The notes beneath the pieces were generated by a model. The model worked only from the letters and a program-made list of their open reading frames with translations, was not told where the DNA came from and searched no databases. A program made the position numbers and the translations under genes. A stretch of DNA of 64,000 nt from Candidatus Altimarinota bacterium (GTDB taxonomy: Bacteria > Patescibacteriota > Gracilibacteria > CAIRYL01 > GCA-016699755). The DNA lies in assembly GCA_963664295.1 (NCBI GenBank), contig OY760935.1, forward strand, positions 192,001-256,000. The letters are read 5' to 3'. This document shows, in pieces, positions 9,687 through 19,993 of this stretch; position 1 is the first letter of the stretch; every line of letters begins with the position of its first letter.

Positions 9687-9731
9687 TGCCCTTATTCTAG
9701 CAAAAAATAAAGATTTTGCTATAATTGCTTT

Positions 9732-10808
9732 GTGGAAGAAAAAGATATACAGCGTGGGCAAATATTGCTTTATGCAGGGCCGGAGAGCTTTTTATTAAAA
9801 GAACACATTAGCCAAATGAAAAAAGCTTCTTTTCAAAAATATGGTGAATTTAATGTCATGTCGATTTTATTTGACCCGCCAGACAGAGGAGCAAACGAGT
9901 ATTTAAATCAAAAAACAAAAGAAATATCAGCAGAAATCATCACTCCAGCTTTTTTTGGTGAAAAAAGAGTGATTTTTTTGGAAAATTTTCCACCACCAGT
10001 AAAAGGCAATATATCTAAAGACGATATAGCTAAATATTACCAGCGTATTATTAAATCATTAGAAAATTTACCAGCAGAAAATGTGGTTATTATTTCCGCA
10101 GAAAATCCAGACAGAAGAACAAAAATTTGGAAAGATTTACAAAAAATAGTCAATCAAACACAAGAATTTAAATCACTTGAAAGCCATGAATTAAATAAAT
10201 GGATACTGAGTAGAGTTGCAAGCCAGGGAGGAAAAATGCTTCCCTCAGCCTCGACTTTTTTAGCGGAATATTGCGGAAATGATCTTTGGTGGATTAGTCA
10301 GGAAATAAACAAATTAATTAATTATTGTGAAGATAAGCCAATTTCTGAGGTAGATATTCAAAAAATTTCTGTTATGAATTCTGAAATTGCTGATTTTGCA
10401 CTTATTAATTCATTGCAGGAAAATAATCTCAAAAAAGCTCTCAAGGTTTTTCAGTCAGAATTAGAAGAAACAGGTGCACCACAAGTTGTATATTACAAAG
10501 ATATTGTGCCTGCTGTGCGCCAATTATTAAAAATAATCTGGGCAGTAAAAAACAACCGCACTGCAAAAGATGTTGGCGTTCACCCTTTTGTTTTTTCTAA
10601 ATGGCAAAGAGTAGCCAGCAAATTTGATTTTGAAAAAATTAAAAAAGCCTATGGAGCACTTGTGCTCATAGATGAGGGATTAAAAAATGGCAAAATTGAA
10701 GTAGCCACCAATGACCTAAGAATGTTTAACTTGGTGATAGAGGTTTATTTTTTGGAATTTTTCTCAGAACAAGAGTTGGATTTAAAAAAACCTCTTTTAA
10801 AAAAATAG
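9732..10808 (+). CDS. holA: DNA polymerase III delta subunit
   Basis: LLYAGPESFLL, PAFFGEKRV, DRRTKIWK, CGNDLWWISQEINKL, GVHPFV; size fits. Confidence 0.85.
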   Translation: MEEKDIQRGQILLYAGPESFLLKEHISQMKKASFQKYGEFNVMSILFDPPDRGANEYLNQKTKEISAEIITPAFFGEKRVIFLENFPPPVKGNISKDDIAKYYQRIIKSLENLPAENVVIISAENPDRRTKIWKDLQKIVNQTQEFKSLESHELNKWILSRVASQGGKMLPSASTFLAEYCGNDLWWISQEINKLINYCEDKPISEVDIQKISVMNSEIADFALINSLQENNLKKALKVFQSELEETGAPQVVYYKDIVPAVRQLLKIIWAVKNNRTAKDVGVHPFVFSKWQRVASKFDFEKIKKAYGALVLIDEGLKNGKIEVATNDLRMFNLVIEVYFLEFFSEQELDLKKPLLKK

Positions 10809-10810
10809 CT

Positions 10811-11644
10811 TTAATTAAAATAAATCAATAAAGCACTTTCTATAAACAAAAATATAGAAAAATAACTAAGGGAAACTTTTCTAAAAATACTGAGAAGAAA
10901 TTTAGCTGTGATAAAAGAAAAAACAAAAGAGCTCAAAAAACCACTAAGAGTAATTAAAGCAGGTAGTTCCTCAGAAAATCCCTCATTTAGAATGCGCTTT
11001 AATGAAAGCAAGCTGGCGCCAAGAATAATAGGAGTAGCCAGCATAAAAGAAAATTTTGCTCCTACATCACGACGAAGACCTTGAAATAAACCACCGGAAA
11101 TAGTTGCGCCAGAGCGGGAAATGCCAGGCAAAATAGCAATAGCCTGAAAAGCGCCAATAATAAAAGCATTTTTTAAACTTATTTTTTTATTATTTGTTTT
11201 TTTGGGTAAATTTTCTGCTAATAAAAACAAAAGAGCAGTTAAAGCAAGAAAAAAGGCAACATAAAGAGGTGTGCGCACAGACTCTGTTAAGTCTTCAAAA
11301 AGAAGAGCAATAACAACGGCAGGAATAGTGCCAATAATTAATAAATATAATAATTTTTCCCCTTCTTGTTCTTCTTTGCTTATTTTTTTATTTATTCCAA
11401 AAAGTTGTACAAATTTTTTATACAAAAAACTAATAATATCCCAGAAATCACGCCAAAAAAGGATAAAAAGTGCAAACAAAGTACCGCTATGTAAAAAGAT
11501 ATCAAAGGTTTTAAGAACCCGAGGGTCAATATTATCTAAGCTAAAAAAATGTTCAGCAATTACCAGTTGTCCACTTGAAGAAACAGGAAGAAACTCAGTA
11601 ATTCCCTGTAATACGCCCAAAATAATACTTTCTAAAAAATTCAT
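10811..11644 (-). CDS. uppP: Undecaprenyl-diphosphate phosphatase
   Basis: QGITEFLPVSSSG, PGISRSGATI; multi-TM. Confidence 0.95.
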   Translation of the reverse strand: MNFLESIILGVLQGITEFLPVSSSGQLVIAEHFFSLDNIDPRVLKTFDIFLHSGTLFALFILFWRDFWDIISFLYKKFVQLFGINKKISKEEQEGEKLLYLLIIGTIPAVVIALLFEDLTESVRTPLYVAFFLALTALLFLLAENLPKKTNNKKISLKNAFIIGAFQAIAILPGISRSGATISGGLFQGLRRDVGAKFSFMLATPIILGASLLSLKRILNEGFSEELPALITLSGFLSSFVFSFITAKFLLSIFRKVSLSYFSIFLFIESALLIYFN

Positions 11645-12117
11645 GCTAAAAATCCTAAAAGACTTTGAAAGCCATAAGTAAATAAAGCAAATCTAGCTCC
11701 TCGACCAATTAAAGATGCAAGAAGAAATCTATTAAAGGGAAGCTCAAAAATTCCTGCACCCCAGGTAATAAGCTTGTAAGGCAGGGGGGTAAAACCAACA
11801 ATCATAACGCCCCAAAATTCCCATTTAGTTAAAAATTTTTCAGTTTTATCTACCTTTTTTTTGCCAAATATTTTGATTGCTGTGGGATGACCAAGCTTAT
11901 AGCCAAGATAATAAGCAAGACTAGCTCCAAGTAAATTAGAAATTAAGGCAACTATAAAAACCAAATGAATATTCATGCCCGCAACTGCCTCTGCTCCAAT
12001 GACAACTTCTACAGGAATAGGCTGAATAACAGCTTCTGTGGAAGAAAAAAGAAAAAGCCCAGCTAGTCCATATTCGGCAACAAATTCTTTGCCAAATTCA
12101 AATAAAGTTTCTAGCAT
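11641..12117 (-). CDS. DedA/YqaA (VTT/SNARE-associated) membrane protein
   Basis: EAVIQPIPVEV, GFTPLPYKL, GRGARF. Confidence 0.85.
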   Translation of the reverse strand: MLETLFEFGKEFVAEYGLAGLFLFSSTEAVIQPIPVEVVIGAEAVAGMNIHLVFIVALISNLLGASLAYYLGYKLGHPTAIKIFGKKKVDKTEKFLTKWEFWGVMIVGFTPLPYKLITWGAGIFELPFNRFLLASLIGRGARFALFTYGFQSLLGFLA

Positions 12118-12127
12118 TAAATAATAA

Positions 12128-12895
12128 TTAAGATTCTTCTGTCACTTCTGGTGTGCCTATTTCTTGTTCCACTTCTTGATAGCCCTCTTCTTCTGTCTCT
12201 TCTTCAAAGCCAGCAGGATCATCTTGTGTTAAATTGGGATCAATGAAAGCAGGCAAGCCACTTTCATTCATATAAGCAATTCTGTACATAATTTCTGCTA
12301 ATTCTCCACGAGTCATGTCTTGATCTGGATTTACTTTTTCTGCTGAGTTTTTGTCTAAAAGATTTTTTTCCTTGGCATATTGAAAATAAGGAGCAAACCA
12401 ACTATCTTTTGGTACATCTTGATAAGGATCAAAAGAAATAGCAATTTCGTTAACATCAACATTATTAGTTTTAATCACCATTTTTAGAGCTTCAGCAAGA
12501 TTTAAAGTTCTTGCTGGAGCAAATGTGCCGTCTTCGTTGCCATTAACAATTCCTAATTGCTTAGCTTTGTAAATATATTCTGCAAACCATTCACCTGTTT
12601 CTACATCAGAAAAAGGTTTTTCATTTGCTTGTTCACCGTTTATTCCAGAGCCCAAAAGGATCATTTTAAGAGCTTCGGCGCGATTTACCTGTTGATCAGG
12701 CTTAAAAGTGCCGTCAGAAAATCCATTTACAATTTCATTATCAGATAAATAATTTATTGCTTCATAGTTTTTATGAGTTTGTGGCACATCAGAAAAACTA
12801 CAGTCTTCGTCATCAACAGAGCAAACAGCCATCATGGCCTGAGTGCTGGAAATGCCTAGAAATAAGGCAATAAAAGTATAAATTATTTTTTTCAT
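12128..12895 (-). CDS. S-layer homology (SLH) domain protein
   Basis: Signal peptide; three SLH repeats (FSDVP..NGFSDGTFKPDQQVNRAE; FSDVE..NGNEDGTFAP..LAE; YQDVP..MTRGE); acidic tail. Confidence 0.9.
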   Translation of the reverse strand: MKKIIYTFIALFLGISSTQAMMAVCSVDDEDCSFSDVPQTHKNYEAINYLSDNEIVNGFSDGTFKPDQQVNRAEALKMILLGSGINGEQANEKPFSDVETGEWFAEYIYKAKQLGIVNGNEDGTFAPARTLNLAEALKMVIKTNNVDVNEIAISFDPYQDVPKDSWFAPYFQYAKEKNLLDKNSAEKVNPDQDMTRGELAEIMYRIAYMNESGLPAFIDPNLTQDDPAGFEEETEEEGYQEVEQEIGTPEVTEES

Positions 12896-12941
12896 ATTTT
12901 TTAAAAACAAAGTAGTCTGTATTTTACAGAAAATAAAGGAT

Positions 12942-13832
12942 TTATTCTATAAAAAAATTATCACCAAAAATTTTTAGTGTTTTTTGCTTAATAATTATTT
13001 TTTTGTTGCTATTTGCTGTTTTTATAAATTGAAGTAGGTTTTCGATTTGTTCAAATTCTAAGGAGGCAGGTTGCCAAAAAATACGCAAAATTTCTGCTTG
13101 AATAATTTTTGGCTGATTTAAGAATTTTTTTCGATTTATTCCTGTTGTTTCTGATTGGTTTTTTTGAAGCCATTTTTGCGCTTTTTGTTCAATCAAATCC
13201 TGAGAATTTTTTAAAATAGCACCAAAACGAGCAAGTGAATTTTTTGCTTCTGGAAAGCGTTTTTCAATAAGTGGAAAAAGCTCATTGCGAAGGAAATTGC
13301 GAGTAAAAGTGCTTTCAAAATTGCTTGAGTCTGTCTGAAAAGGGATTTTGTTTTTTTCTAAATATTTAATAATTTCAGTTTTTTTAATATCTAGCAATGG
13401 CCTAATCAGAACTCCATCTTGTTTCTTAATTCCACTAGCACCTTTTAATCCTGTTCCTCTTAATAAATTAAACAAAATAGTCTCCGCATTATCATCAAAA
13501 TGATGAGCTAGTAAAATAAAATTAGCTTTTTTTTGTTTATAAATTTTATATAAAAAATTATATCTGGCTTTACGGGCTTTTTCTTCCGATTGTTCTGGTT
13601 TTTGCCATTTTTCACTAATAAAGTCATAGCTCCATTTTTTTGCCATTTTTTGAGAAAATTTTTCATCTCTATCAGCTTCTTTTTCTCTTAATTGGTGATT
13701 AAAGTGAGCAATAATAATGTTTTTAAAACCAGTCTGGCAAAGAATTTCGCCTAAAAAAACAGAATCAGCTCCACCAGAACAAGCTAATATGTATTTTTTT
13801 TCCTTATTTAAATCATTAAGATTTAATTCCAT
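12942..13832 (-). CDS. tilS: tRNA(Ile)-lysidine synthetase (short form)
   Basis: SGGADS, HFNHQLR, ARKARY, AHHFDDNAET, RPLL, DSSN..RNFLR. Confidence 0.93.
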   Translation of the reverse strand: MELNLNDLNKEKKYILACSGGADSVFLGEILCQTGFKNIIIAHFNHQLREKEADRDEKFSQKMAKKWSYDFISEKWQKPEQSEEKARKARYNFLYKIYKQKKANFILLAHHFDDNAETILFNLLRGTGLKGASGIKKQDGVLIRPLLDIKKTEIIKYLEKNKIPFQTDSSNFESTFTRNFLRNELFPLIEKRFPEAKNSLARFGAILKNSQDLIEQKAQKWLQKNQSETTGINRKKFLNQPKIIQAEILRIFWQPASLEFEQIENLLQFIKTANSNKKIIIKQKTLKIFGDNFFIE

Positions 13833-14512
13833 TTTAATTTTTTTAAGGCATTAAAAGCCGCATCAATACTTGCTTTTTGTTTACTTGAACCTTTGCCTTT
13901 GGCAATGCATTTTTCATCTAAATAAGCACCAACGATGAATTTTTTGTTATGGTCAGGTCCACTTTCTTTAAGAACCTCAAAATGAGGGGTTATGCTCTTT
14001 TTTTCTTGAGCAAGCTCTTGAAAAAGAGACTTAGAGTCTTTGTGTAGATTTTGGGCAATAATTTCATCTATTTCCGGATAAAGAAATTCTTTGAGAATTT
14101 TTTCAACCTCTCTTAAGCCGCTATCAAGATAAATAGCACCAATTACAGCCTCAAAAGTATTAGCAAGAATATATTCTTTTTTTCTGCCTCCTGATTTTTC
14201 TTCTCCTTTGGACATGAATAAATATTTACCCAGATCTATTTTTTTAGATAAGCGAGCAAGATTTTCTCCGCAGACTAAAGCGCTTCTATAGGCAGTTAAG
14301 ATACCTTCTTCTTCTTTTGGGAATTTTTTAAATAAAAAACGAGTGGAAAGTAGTTCCAACACAGCATCGCCCAAAAATTCCAACCTTTCATTACTATCTC
14401 GTTTTAATCCTTTATGCTCGTTTAAATAACTTTTATGAGTAAAAGCTTCTTCAAAAATTTCTTTATTTTTTATTGTAATGCCGAGTTTTTCACAAAGGCT
14501 TTTTAATTCCAT
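13823..14512 (-). CDS. rnc: Ribonuclease III
   Basis: NERLEFLGDAVL signature and C-terminal dsRBD. Confidence 0.97.
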   Translation of the reverse strand: MELKSLCEKLGITIKNKEIFEEAFTHKSYLNEHKGLKRDSNERLEFLGDAVLELLSTRFLFKKFPKEEEGILTAYRSALVCGENLARLSKKIDLGKYLFMSKGEEKSGGRKKEYILANTFEAVIGAIYLDSGLREVEKILKEFLYPEIDEIIAQNLHKDSKSLFQELAQEKKSITPHFEVLKESGPDHNKKFIVGAYLDEKCIAKGKGSSKQKASIDAAFNALKKLKWN

Positions 14513-14922
14513 TATTTTTTAATATCTTTTGCAAGACTAGAAAGCACTCCATTAACAAATTTGCCTGCTGTTTCGTCTCCAAATTCTTTAGCTATTTCAA
14601 TAGCTTCGTTCAAGATGACTGCAAGGGGAGTGTCAGTTTTCATAATTTCATAAGCACCAATTTCTAAAACACACCTTTCTACTGAGCAAAGTTTTTCAAT
14701 AGGCCATTTTGGAGCATATTCCTGAAGTTTTTCATCAATTTCTTCTCTAATACTAATAACTCCTTCAAAAAGCTCGCGAGCAAAAGAATGGTCTTTTAGT
14801 TCAGGAGCAAATTTTTGGATAATGTAGTCAAAAATTTTTTCAGGTTCTTTGTTCTTGCTCACTGTCACAGCAGTAAGCGCCTGAAAGGCTGTTATTCTGG
14901 CAATGTGTCTTAGTTTAGCCAA
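14512..14922 (-). CDS. nusB: Transcription antitermination factor NusB
   Basis: NEAIEIAKEFG...FVNGVL; TTG start. Confidence 0.93.
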   Translation of the reverse strand: MAKLRHIARITAFQALTAVTVSKNKEPEKIFDYIIQKFAPELKDHSFARELFEGVISIREEIDEKLQEYAPKWPIEKLCSVERCVLEIGAYEIMKTDTPLAVILNEAIEIAKEFGDETAGKFVNGVLSSLAKDIKK

Positions 14923-14937
14923 TTTATAAGGATCAAA

Positions 14938-15162
14938 TTAAGCTTGTATTTTTGTCACCTCAGCTTTTTTCTTTTTAAGAACTTCTCTTTTTTTATAATA
15001 ACCACACTCAGCACAAGCAGTGTGAGTTTGGCGTTTTGCGCCACAATTTTCACAAGTTGTTAAAGAAATTTTATCAAGAATTTTTTTCTGAGTTTTTTGC
15101 TTATAAGCTGAATGTCTTGTGCGACCGTATGATCTAGCAACTTTCTTTTTTGGTACTGCCAT
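14938..15162 (-). CDS. rpmF: 50S ribosomal protein L32 (Zn-ribbon type)
   Basis: MAVPKKK, CENCG..H.ACAECGYY. Confidence 0.95.
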   Translation of the reverse strand: MAVPKKKVARSYGRTRHSAYKQKTQKKILDKISLTTCENCGAKRQTHTACAECGYYKKREVLKKKKAEVTKIQA

Positions 15163-15226
15163 ATTATCTATTTAAATAAATGCTCTGGAGATTTTGGACT
15201 AATTTTTTAAAAAATGCAAGGCTTTT

Positions 15227-16078
15227 TCATGCTTTATTTTGTTTTTCTTTTGCTCTTATTGTATTAAGAATTAAGGAAATTACTGTCATTGGACCAACTC
15301 CACCAGGGACAGGAGTGATATAACTTGCTTTTTTGCTTACTTCTTCATAATCCACATCACCACACAATTTGCCATTTTCATCACGGTTCATGCCAATATC
15401 AACAATAATTGCACCTTTTTTAACCATATCTGCGGTGATTAGCTTTGCTTTGCCAACAGCAACAGCAATTAAATCTGCCTTTTTAGTATATTCTGCAAGG
15501 TTTTTTGTGTGAATATGGCAAACAGAAACAGTAGCATTGCGATTTAAAAGCATCATAGCCAAAGGTTTGCCAGTAATATTAGAATGACCAACAATAATTG
15601 CGTCCATACCTTGTACGTCAATATTATATTCATCTAATAATTTAATTACGCCAAAGGGAGTTGCTGGTGGTAAATCTTCGAAATCTTTAGATAAAAAAAC
15701 TTTTCCAAGATTATAAGCACAAAATCCATCAACATCTTTAATTGGCTTGATCTGGCGAATAACTAAAGGCACAGAAATGTGTGCAGGTAAGGGAAGTTGC
15801 ACAATAATTCCTGTCACTTCTGTGTCTTCATTTAATTCAGTAATTTTGCTTAACAATTCCTCCTGACTTATGTTTTCTGGATAACTTACTTCTTCATATA
15901 AAAGTCCAGCTTCGAGAGCAGCTTCTTTTTTTTTGCGAATATAAACCTTACTAGCTGGATCTTCGCCCACTTGCACAACTACTAATTTTGGTTTTTGTGC
16001 CATTTTTGCCACTTTTTCTTTGGCTTCTTGTAGTAGTTTGTCTGCCAGTTTTTTACCATCTAATATTTTTGTGCTCAT
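15227..16078 (-). CDS. folD: Methylenetetrahydrofolate dehydrogenase/cyclohydrolase
   Basis: GIIVQLPLP, KDVDGF, ITPVPGGVGPMT. Confidence 0.96.
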   Translation of the reverse strand: MSTKILDGKKLADKLLQEAKEKVAKMAQKPKLVVVQVGEDPASKVYIRKKKEAALEAGLLYEEVSYPENISQEELLSKITELNEDTEVTGIIVQLPLPAHISVPLVIRQIKPIKDVDGFCAYNLGKVFLSKDFEDLPPATPFGVIKLLDEYNIDVQGMDAIIVGHSNITGKPLAMMLLNRNATVSVCHIHTKNLAEYTKKADLIAVAVGKAKLITADMVKKGAIIVDIGMNRDENGKLCGDVDYEEVSKKASYITPVPGGVGPMTVISLILNTIRAKEKQNKA

Positions 16079-16083
16079 TGTTT

Positions 16084-16680
16084 TTATAAATATTTTTTAA
16101 TTATTTCAAAAACCTGATTGCCAAGGCTTTCTATGCTTTGATTTGCATCAAGTATATACACCTTTGGTTTTTCAGAGTCTTTATTTTCTTGGATTAAATT
16201 TTGATAATTTTCACTCACTCGCTTAAGCACATCTTCTTTTTCAAATAATTCTTTACCCAAGCCTCTGCTGTCCACCCTTTTTAAGGCTTCGTTAGGTTCA
16301 ATTTGTAAATAAAAAATAATATCTGGTTGTGGAAATTTTTCATTGAGTTTTTTTAGCCATTCGCGATCACAACTTAGTCCGCCAAAAACAATAGTGCTCC
16401 AAAAATAACGATCAGAAACCACTGTTTTTCCTTCTTTTAAGGCTGGATTTATTGTTTTGTAAACATGATCTGCTCTATCAGCGCAAAATAATAACTGCAA
16501 GGCCTCAGGAGAAGTTTTTTGTTTGTTTTGAAGAATTTCTTTACTGAGTAAGCCCATTGCCTCTGTTGTTGGTTCGCCTGTTGCTACTGCTAATTTGCCA
16601 TTTTCAATAAGCTTGTGAAAAAGCAAATCTTTTTGAGTTGTTGTGCCAGAGCCGTCAATTCCTTCAAACACTATAAACAT
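16084..16680 (-). CDS. tmk: Thymidylate kinase
   Basis: FEGIDGSGTTTQ P-loop, LFCADR, SDRY. Confidence 0.93.
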   Translation of the reverse strand: MFIVFEGIDGSGTTTQKDLLFHKLIENGKLAVATGEPTTEAMGLLSKEILQNKQKTSPEALQLLFCADRADHVYKTINPALKEGKTVVSDRYFWSTIVFGGLSCDREWLKKLNEKFPQPDIIFYLQIEPNEALKRVDSRGLGKELFEKEDVLKRVSENYQNLIQENKDSEKPKVYILDANQSIESLGNQVFEIIKKYL

Positions 16681-16723
16681 GCCTCATATTTTGGCATGAA
16701 TTTATGAAAATTTCATCTATTTT

Positions 16724-17356
16724 TTAATCAATAGCAATTAAATATTCATGGTTTGTATTTTTTGGAGCAATTTCGCCACTTGTTTTTGCAGTAAAGACGC
16801 CAACTTCTCCTGGCATAATATATTTATTGCCATTTTCGCTTTCCAGATTGATTATTCGCAGGTCAACATAGTTTTCCCATTCATCTTCTGTGTTCCAAGC
16901 AAAATCACTAGTGTTTTTTAGTTCTATTTTATTGCCATTTTGATTGATTAACTTTGCTTTTCCATTTTTGCTCCAGTGAATTTTTGTCACTACATCATTT
17001 TTGGTTTCAAAAAAGCCAAAATATGGATGAAGTGTGTTTCCTTCTCCTTTTCCAAGAAAAGAAACCATCACGCCACCAGGAACTTCTTCAAAATTAACAT
17101 CAAATAAATTTTTATTTTTTTCTAAATCATTAATTAGTGATTGTGAGCCCTCTATTTTTTCTAATTCTTCAAGACTTTCTCTTAAAATTGTTCTTTCTAA
17201 GAAAGTTTCTATTTGGTTTTTTTCTTCTATGATGCTGGCTTTGTTTTGTTCAGCAAAATTTTTTGCCCTCATAAACAGCAAAAACCCGCAAATTACTGCA
17301 ATAAATATTACTGAAATTATTATTTTATCTTTCTGGTTTTTGTTTAATTTAAGCAT
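16724..17356 (-). CDS. Hypothetical membrane-anchored protein
   Basis: Single N-terminal TM; C-terminal LKNTSDFAW...PGEVGVF weakly recalls NBR1/FW Ig-like domains. Confidence 0.6.
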   Translation of the reverse strand: MLKLNKNQKDKIIISVIFIAVICGFLLFMRAKNFAEQNKASIIEEKNQIETFLERTILRESLEELEKIEGSQSLINDLEKNKNLFDVNFEEVPGGVMVSFLGKGEGNTLHPYFGFFETKNDVVTKIHWSKNGKAKLINQNGNKIELKNTSDFAWNTEDEWENYVDLRIINLESENGNKYIMPGEVGVFTAKTSGEIAPKNTNHEYLIAID

Positions 17357-17459
17357 TTTTGTTTATTTTTCAGAACATAATACCATATTTTTTTTACAAA
17401 ATCGAGTGTAATTTGTGGTTTTTGGTGTAAAATTAGCAAAGATTTGAGACTATTTTTAA

Positions 17460-18287
17460 ATGAAAAAAATTCTTATTTTTGGCGCACAAGGAATGTTAGG
17501 ACAGGATTTTTTTAAAATTTTATCCACTGATTTTGAAATTATTCCTTTTTCTCGCTATAACCTTGATTTATTTGATTTAGAAAAAATAGCACCAGCTATT
17601 TTAGAGCTAAAGCCAGATATTGTAATTAATTGTTCTGCTTTTACAGATACAGAAAAAGCAGAAAATTCAGAATACAAAGATGAAGTTTTGACCTTGAATA
17701 GAGATGCTCCAGTAGAAATGGCAAAAGCCTGCAAAGAGCTAGGTGCTGAGTTTATTCATTTTTCCACTGACTTTGTTTTTGATGGCAAAAATCCACCTTA
17801 TTTAGAAGATAGTGAAAAAAATTCACTTAATTTTTATGGCTTGAGCAAGTCCGAAGGTGAAGATTGTGTACAAAAAATTTATTCAAAATCTGTTATTATC
17901 CGCACTGCTTGGTTGTTTGGAGATGGTGGAATTAATTTTGTGAAAAAAATTCTTTCATTGTCAAAAAAGAAGAAAAAAATTGATGTTGTTGATGATATTT
18001 TTGTTTCAATGACATACTCTATTGATCTTGTTAATGCTGTTAAAGAGTTGATTATGAACAATAAATTTGATCAAAAAATTTATCACTTTGTAAATGAAGG
18101 TCAAAACTCACTTTTTGATATTGCAAAAATAATTGCAGAAATAAAAAATTTCAAAGTAGAAATAAGTCCAGTTTCTAGTGATAATTTTTTATCAAATATC
18201 CAAAGACCAAAAAAAGCCTTGCTAAAAAATTCTAGCAATATAAAACTAAGACCTCTAAAAGAGGCGTTGCAAGACTTTCTTTCTTGA
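17460..18287 (+). CDS. rmlD: dTDP-4-dehydrorhamnose reductase
   Basis: GAQGMLG, STDFVFDG, YGLSK, IRTAWLFG. Confidence 0.9.
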   Translation: MKKILIFGAQGMLGQDFFKILSTDFEIIPFSRYNLDLFDLEKIAPAILELKPDIVINCSAFTDTEKAENSEYKDEVLTLNRDAPVEMAKACKELGAEFIHFSTDFVFDGKNPPYLEDSEKNSLNFYGLSKSEGEDCVQKIYSKSVIIRTAWLFGDGGINFVKKILSLSKKKKKIDVVDDIFVSMTYSIDLVNAVKELIMNNKFDQKIYHFVNEGQNSLFDIAKIIAEIKNFKVEISPVSSDNFLSNIQRPKKALLKNSSNIKLRPLKEALQDFLS

Positions 18288-18319
18288 GAAAATAAACAAA
18301 ATCAATAATAATCTTAACA

Positions 18320-19045
18320 ATGATTAAAAAAGGAATAATTTTAGCAGGAGGCACAGGAAGCAGACTTTATCCAGCAACAAAAGTGACCAATAAGCACCTT
18401 TTGCCTGTTTATGATTCGCCAATGATTTTTTATCCCTTAAATACTCTCAAAAAAGCAGGAATAGAAGATATTTTAATAGTTTGCGGAGAGGATCATGTGG
18501 GTGATTTTGCTCGTTTGCTCAAAGATGGCTCTGAATTTGGAGTGAAATTAACTTACAAAGTTCAGACTGAGGCAGGTGGTATTGCTCAGGCGCTTTCTTT
18601 GGCTGAAGATTTTGTTAATAATCAAAACATGACAGTTGTTTTGGGGGACAATATTTATGAAGATGATTTTAGCGAGCCTGTTCAGGCTTTTGAAAAAGGA
18701 GCACATGTTTTTCTTAAAGAAGTACCTGATCCTAATAGATTTGGCGTGGCTGAGCTTGATGAAAATAACAATGTTTTAAGTATTGAAGAGAAGCCAGAAA
18801 ATCCTAAGACAAATTTTGCTGTCACTGGTTTGTATCTCTATGATTTTACGGTTTTTAACAAAATTCGTTCTTGCAAGCCCAGTGCTCGTGGTGAGCTAGA
18901 AATTACCGATGTAAGCAATTTGTATATTCAAGAAAAAAACCTGGGAGCTTCTATAATAAAAGGTAATTGGTCTGATGCAGGTACGCACGAAAGCCTTTTT
19001 AGAGCTACTGTCATTGCCAGAGATTTAAAATTAAAAAATGCCTAA
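18320..19045 (+). CDS. rmlA: Glucose-1-phosphate thymidylyltransferase (RmlA/SpsI-like, short form)
   Basis: GIILAGGTGSRLYP, KHLLPVYD, LGDNI, EEKP, SARGELEITD. Confidence 0.85.
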   Translation: MIKKGIILAGGTGSRLYPATKVTNKHLLPVYDSPMIFYPLNTLKKAGIEDILIVCGEDHVGDFARLLKDGSEFGVKLTYKVQTEAGGIAQALSLAEDFVNNQNMTVVLGDNIYEDDFSEPVQAFEKGAHVFLKEVPDPNRFGVAELDENNNVLSIEEKPENPKTNFAVTGLYLYDFTVFNKIRSCKPSARGELEITDVSNLYIQEKNLGASIIKGNWSDAGTHESLFRATVIARDLKLKNA

Positions 19046-19991
19046 AGTTATTATTGGTATTCTTGCTTATAATGGTGAAAAATATTTTGATCGCTGTTTA
19101 GGGTCACTTTTTAAACAAGATTTTGCAGACTTGGAAATAATTGTATTTGATAATGCTTCACCAAATAATGACTACAAAATATTGCAGGAAAGATACGGAG
19201 ATAAAGTAAAAATAATTCGTTCCGAGAAAAATCTTGGTTTTGGTCGAGGACATAACAAAATTATCCAAGAAACAGAAAGTGAATATTATCTTTGTCTTAA
19301 TCAAGATATGTTTTTTGATAAAAATTTTGTGACAGAGCTTGTTAGAGCTATTGAAAAAGATCCAAAATACGGCATGGCAACTGGCAAGCTTTATCGTTGG
19401 GATTTTGAAAATGATAAAAAAACAGACAAGATAGATACAGTAGGAATGAAAGCTTATGCAAATCATCATTTTGCAGACAGAGGGCAAGACGAAAAAGACC
19501 TTGGACAATATGATAAAGAAAAAGAAATATTTGGCTCATCAGGTTCAGCAGTGCTTTTTCGTAGAATTGCCTTAGATGATGTTGGTCTGTTTGATGACTT
19601 AATGTTTATGTACAAAGAGGACATAGATCTTAATTATCGTTTTCAATGGGCAGGTTGGAAGTGTGTATATACACCAAAAGCACTTGCCTGGCACGATCGC
19701 ACAATAGAAAAAACAAAAGAAAGAATAAAAAGAAATCCAAAAATTAGAGAATGGTCTTATTTAAACCATTTAATTATGGTAGAAAAGAATTTTTCTCCGC
19801 ATTATTCCTTGATGACAAAAATAAAAACTCGATTTTATTTATTTTTAAGAAAAATTTGGGCGCATATTATAGAAAGAGATACAATAAACGCAGAAAAAGA
19901 ATTCAAGAACCTAATGCCAGAGATTATTAAAAGAAAAGAAGCAATGCAAAAAAGAGTTTCTGCTAAAGAAATTGAAAAATATTTTAATTAA
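19038..19991 (+). CDS. Family 2 glycosyltransferase
   Basis: VFDNAS, NLGFGRGHN, LNQD, FMYKEDIDL. Confidence 0.9.
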   Translation: MPKVIIGILAYNGEKYFDRCLGSLFKQDFADLEIIVFDNASPNNDYKILQERYGDKVKIIRSEKNLGFGRGHNKIIQETESEYYLCLNQDMFFDKNFVTELVRAIEKDPKYGMATGKLYRWDFENDKKTDKIDTVGMKAYANHHFADRGQDEKDLGQYDKEKEIFGSSGSAVLFRRIALDDVGLFDDLMFMYKEDIDLNYRFQWAGWKCVYTPKALAWHDRTIEKTKERIKRNPKIREWSYLNHLIMVEKNFSPHYSLMTKIKTRFYLFLRKIWAHIIERDTINAEKEFKNLMPEIIKRKEAMQKRVSAKEIEKYFN

Positions 19992-19993
19992 GA

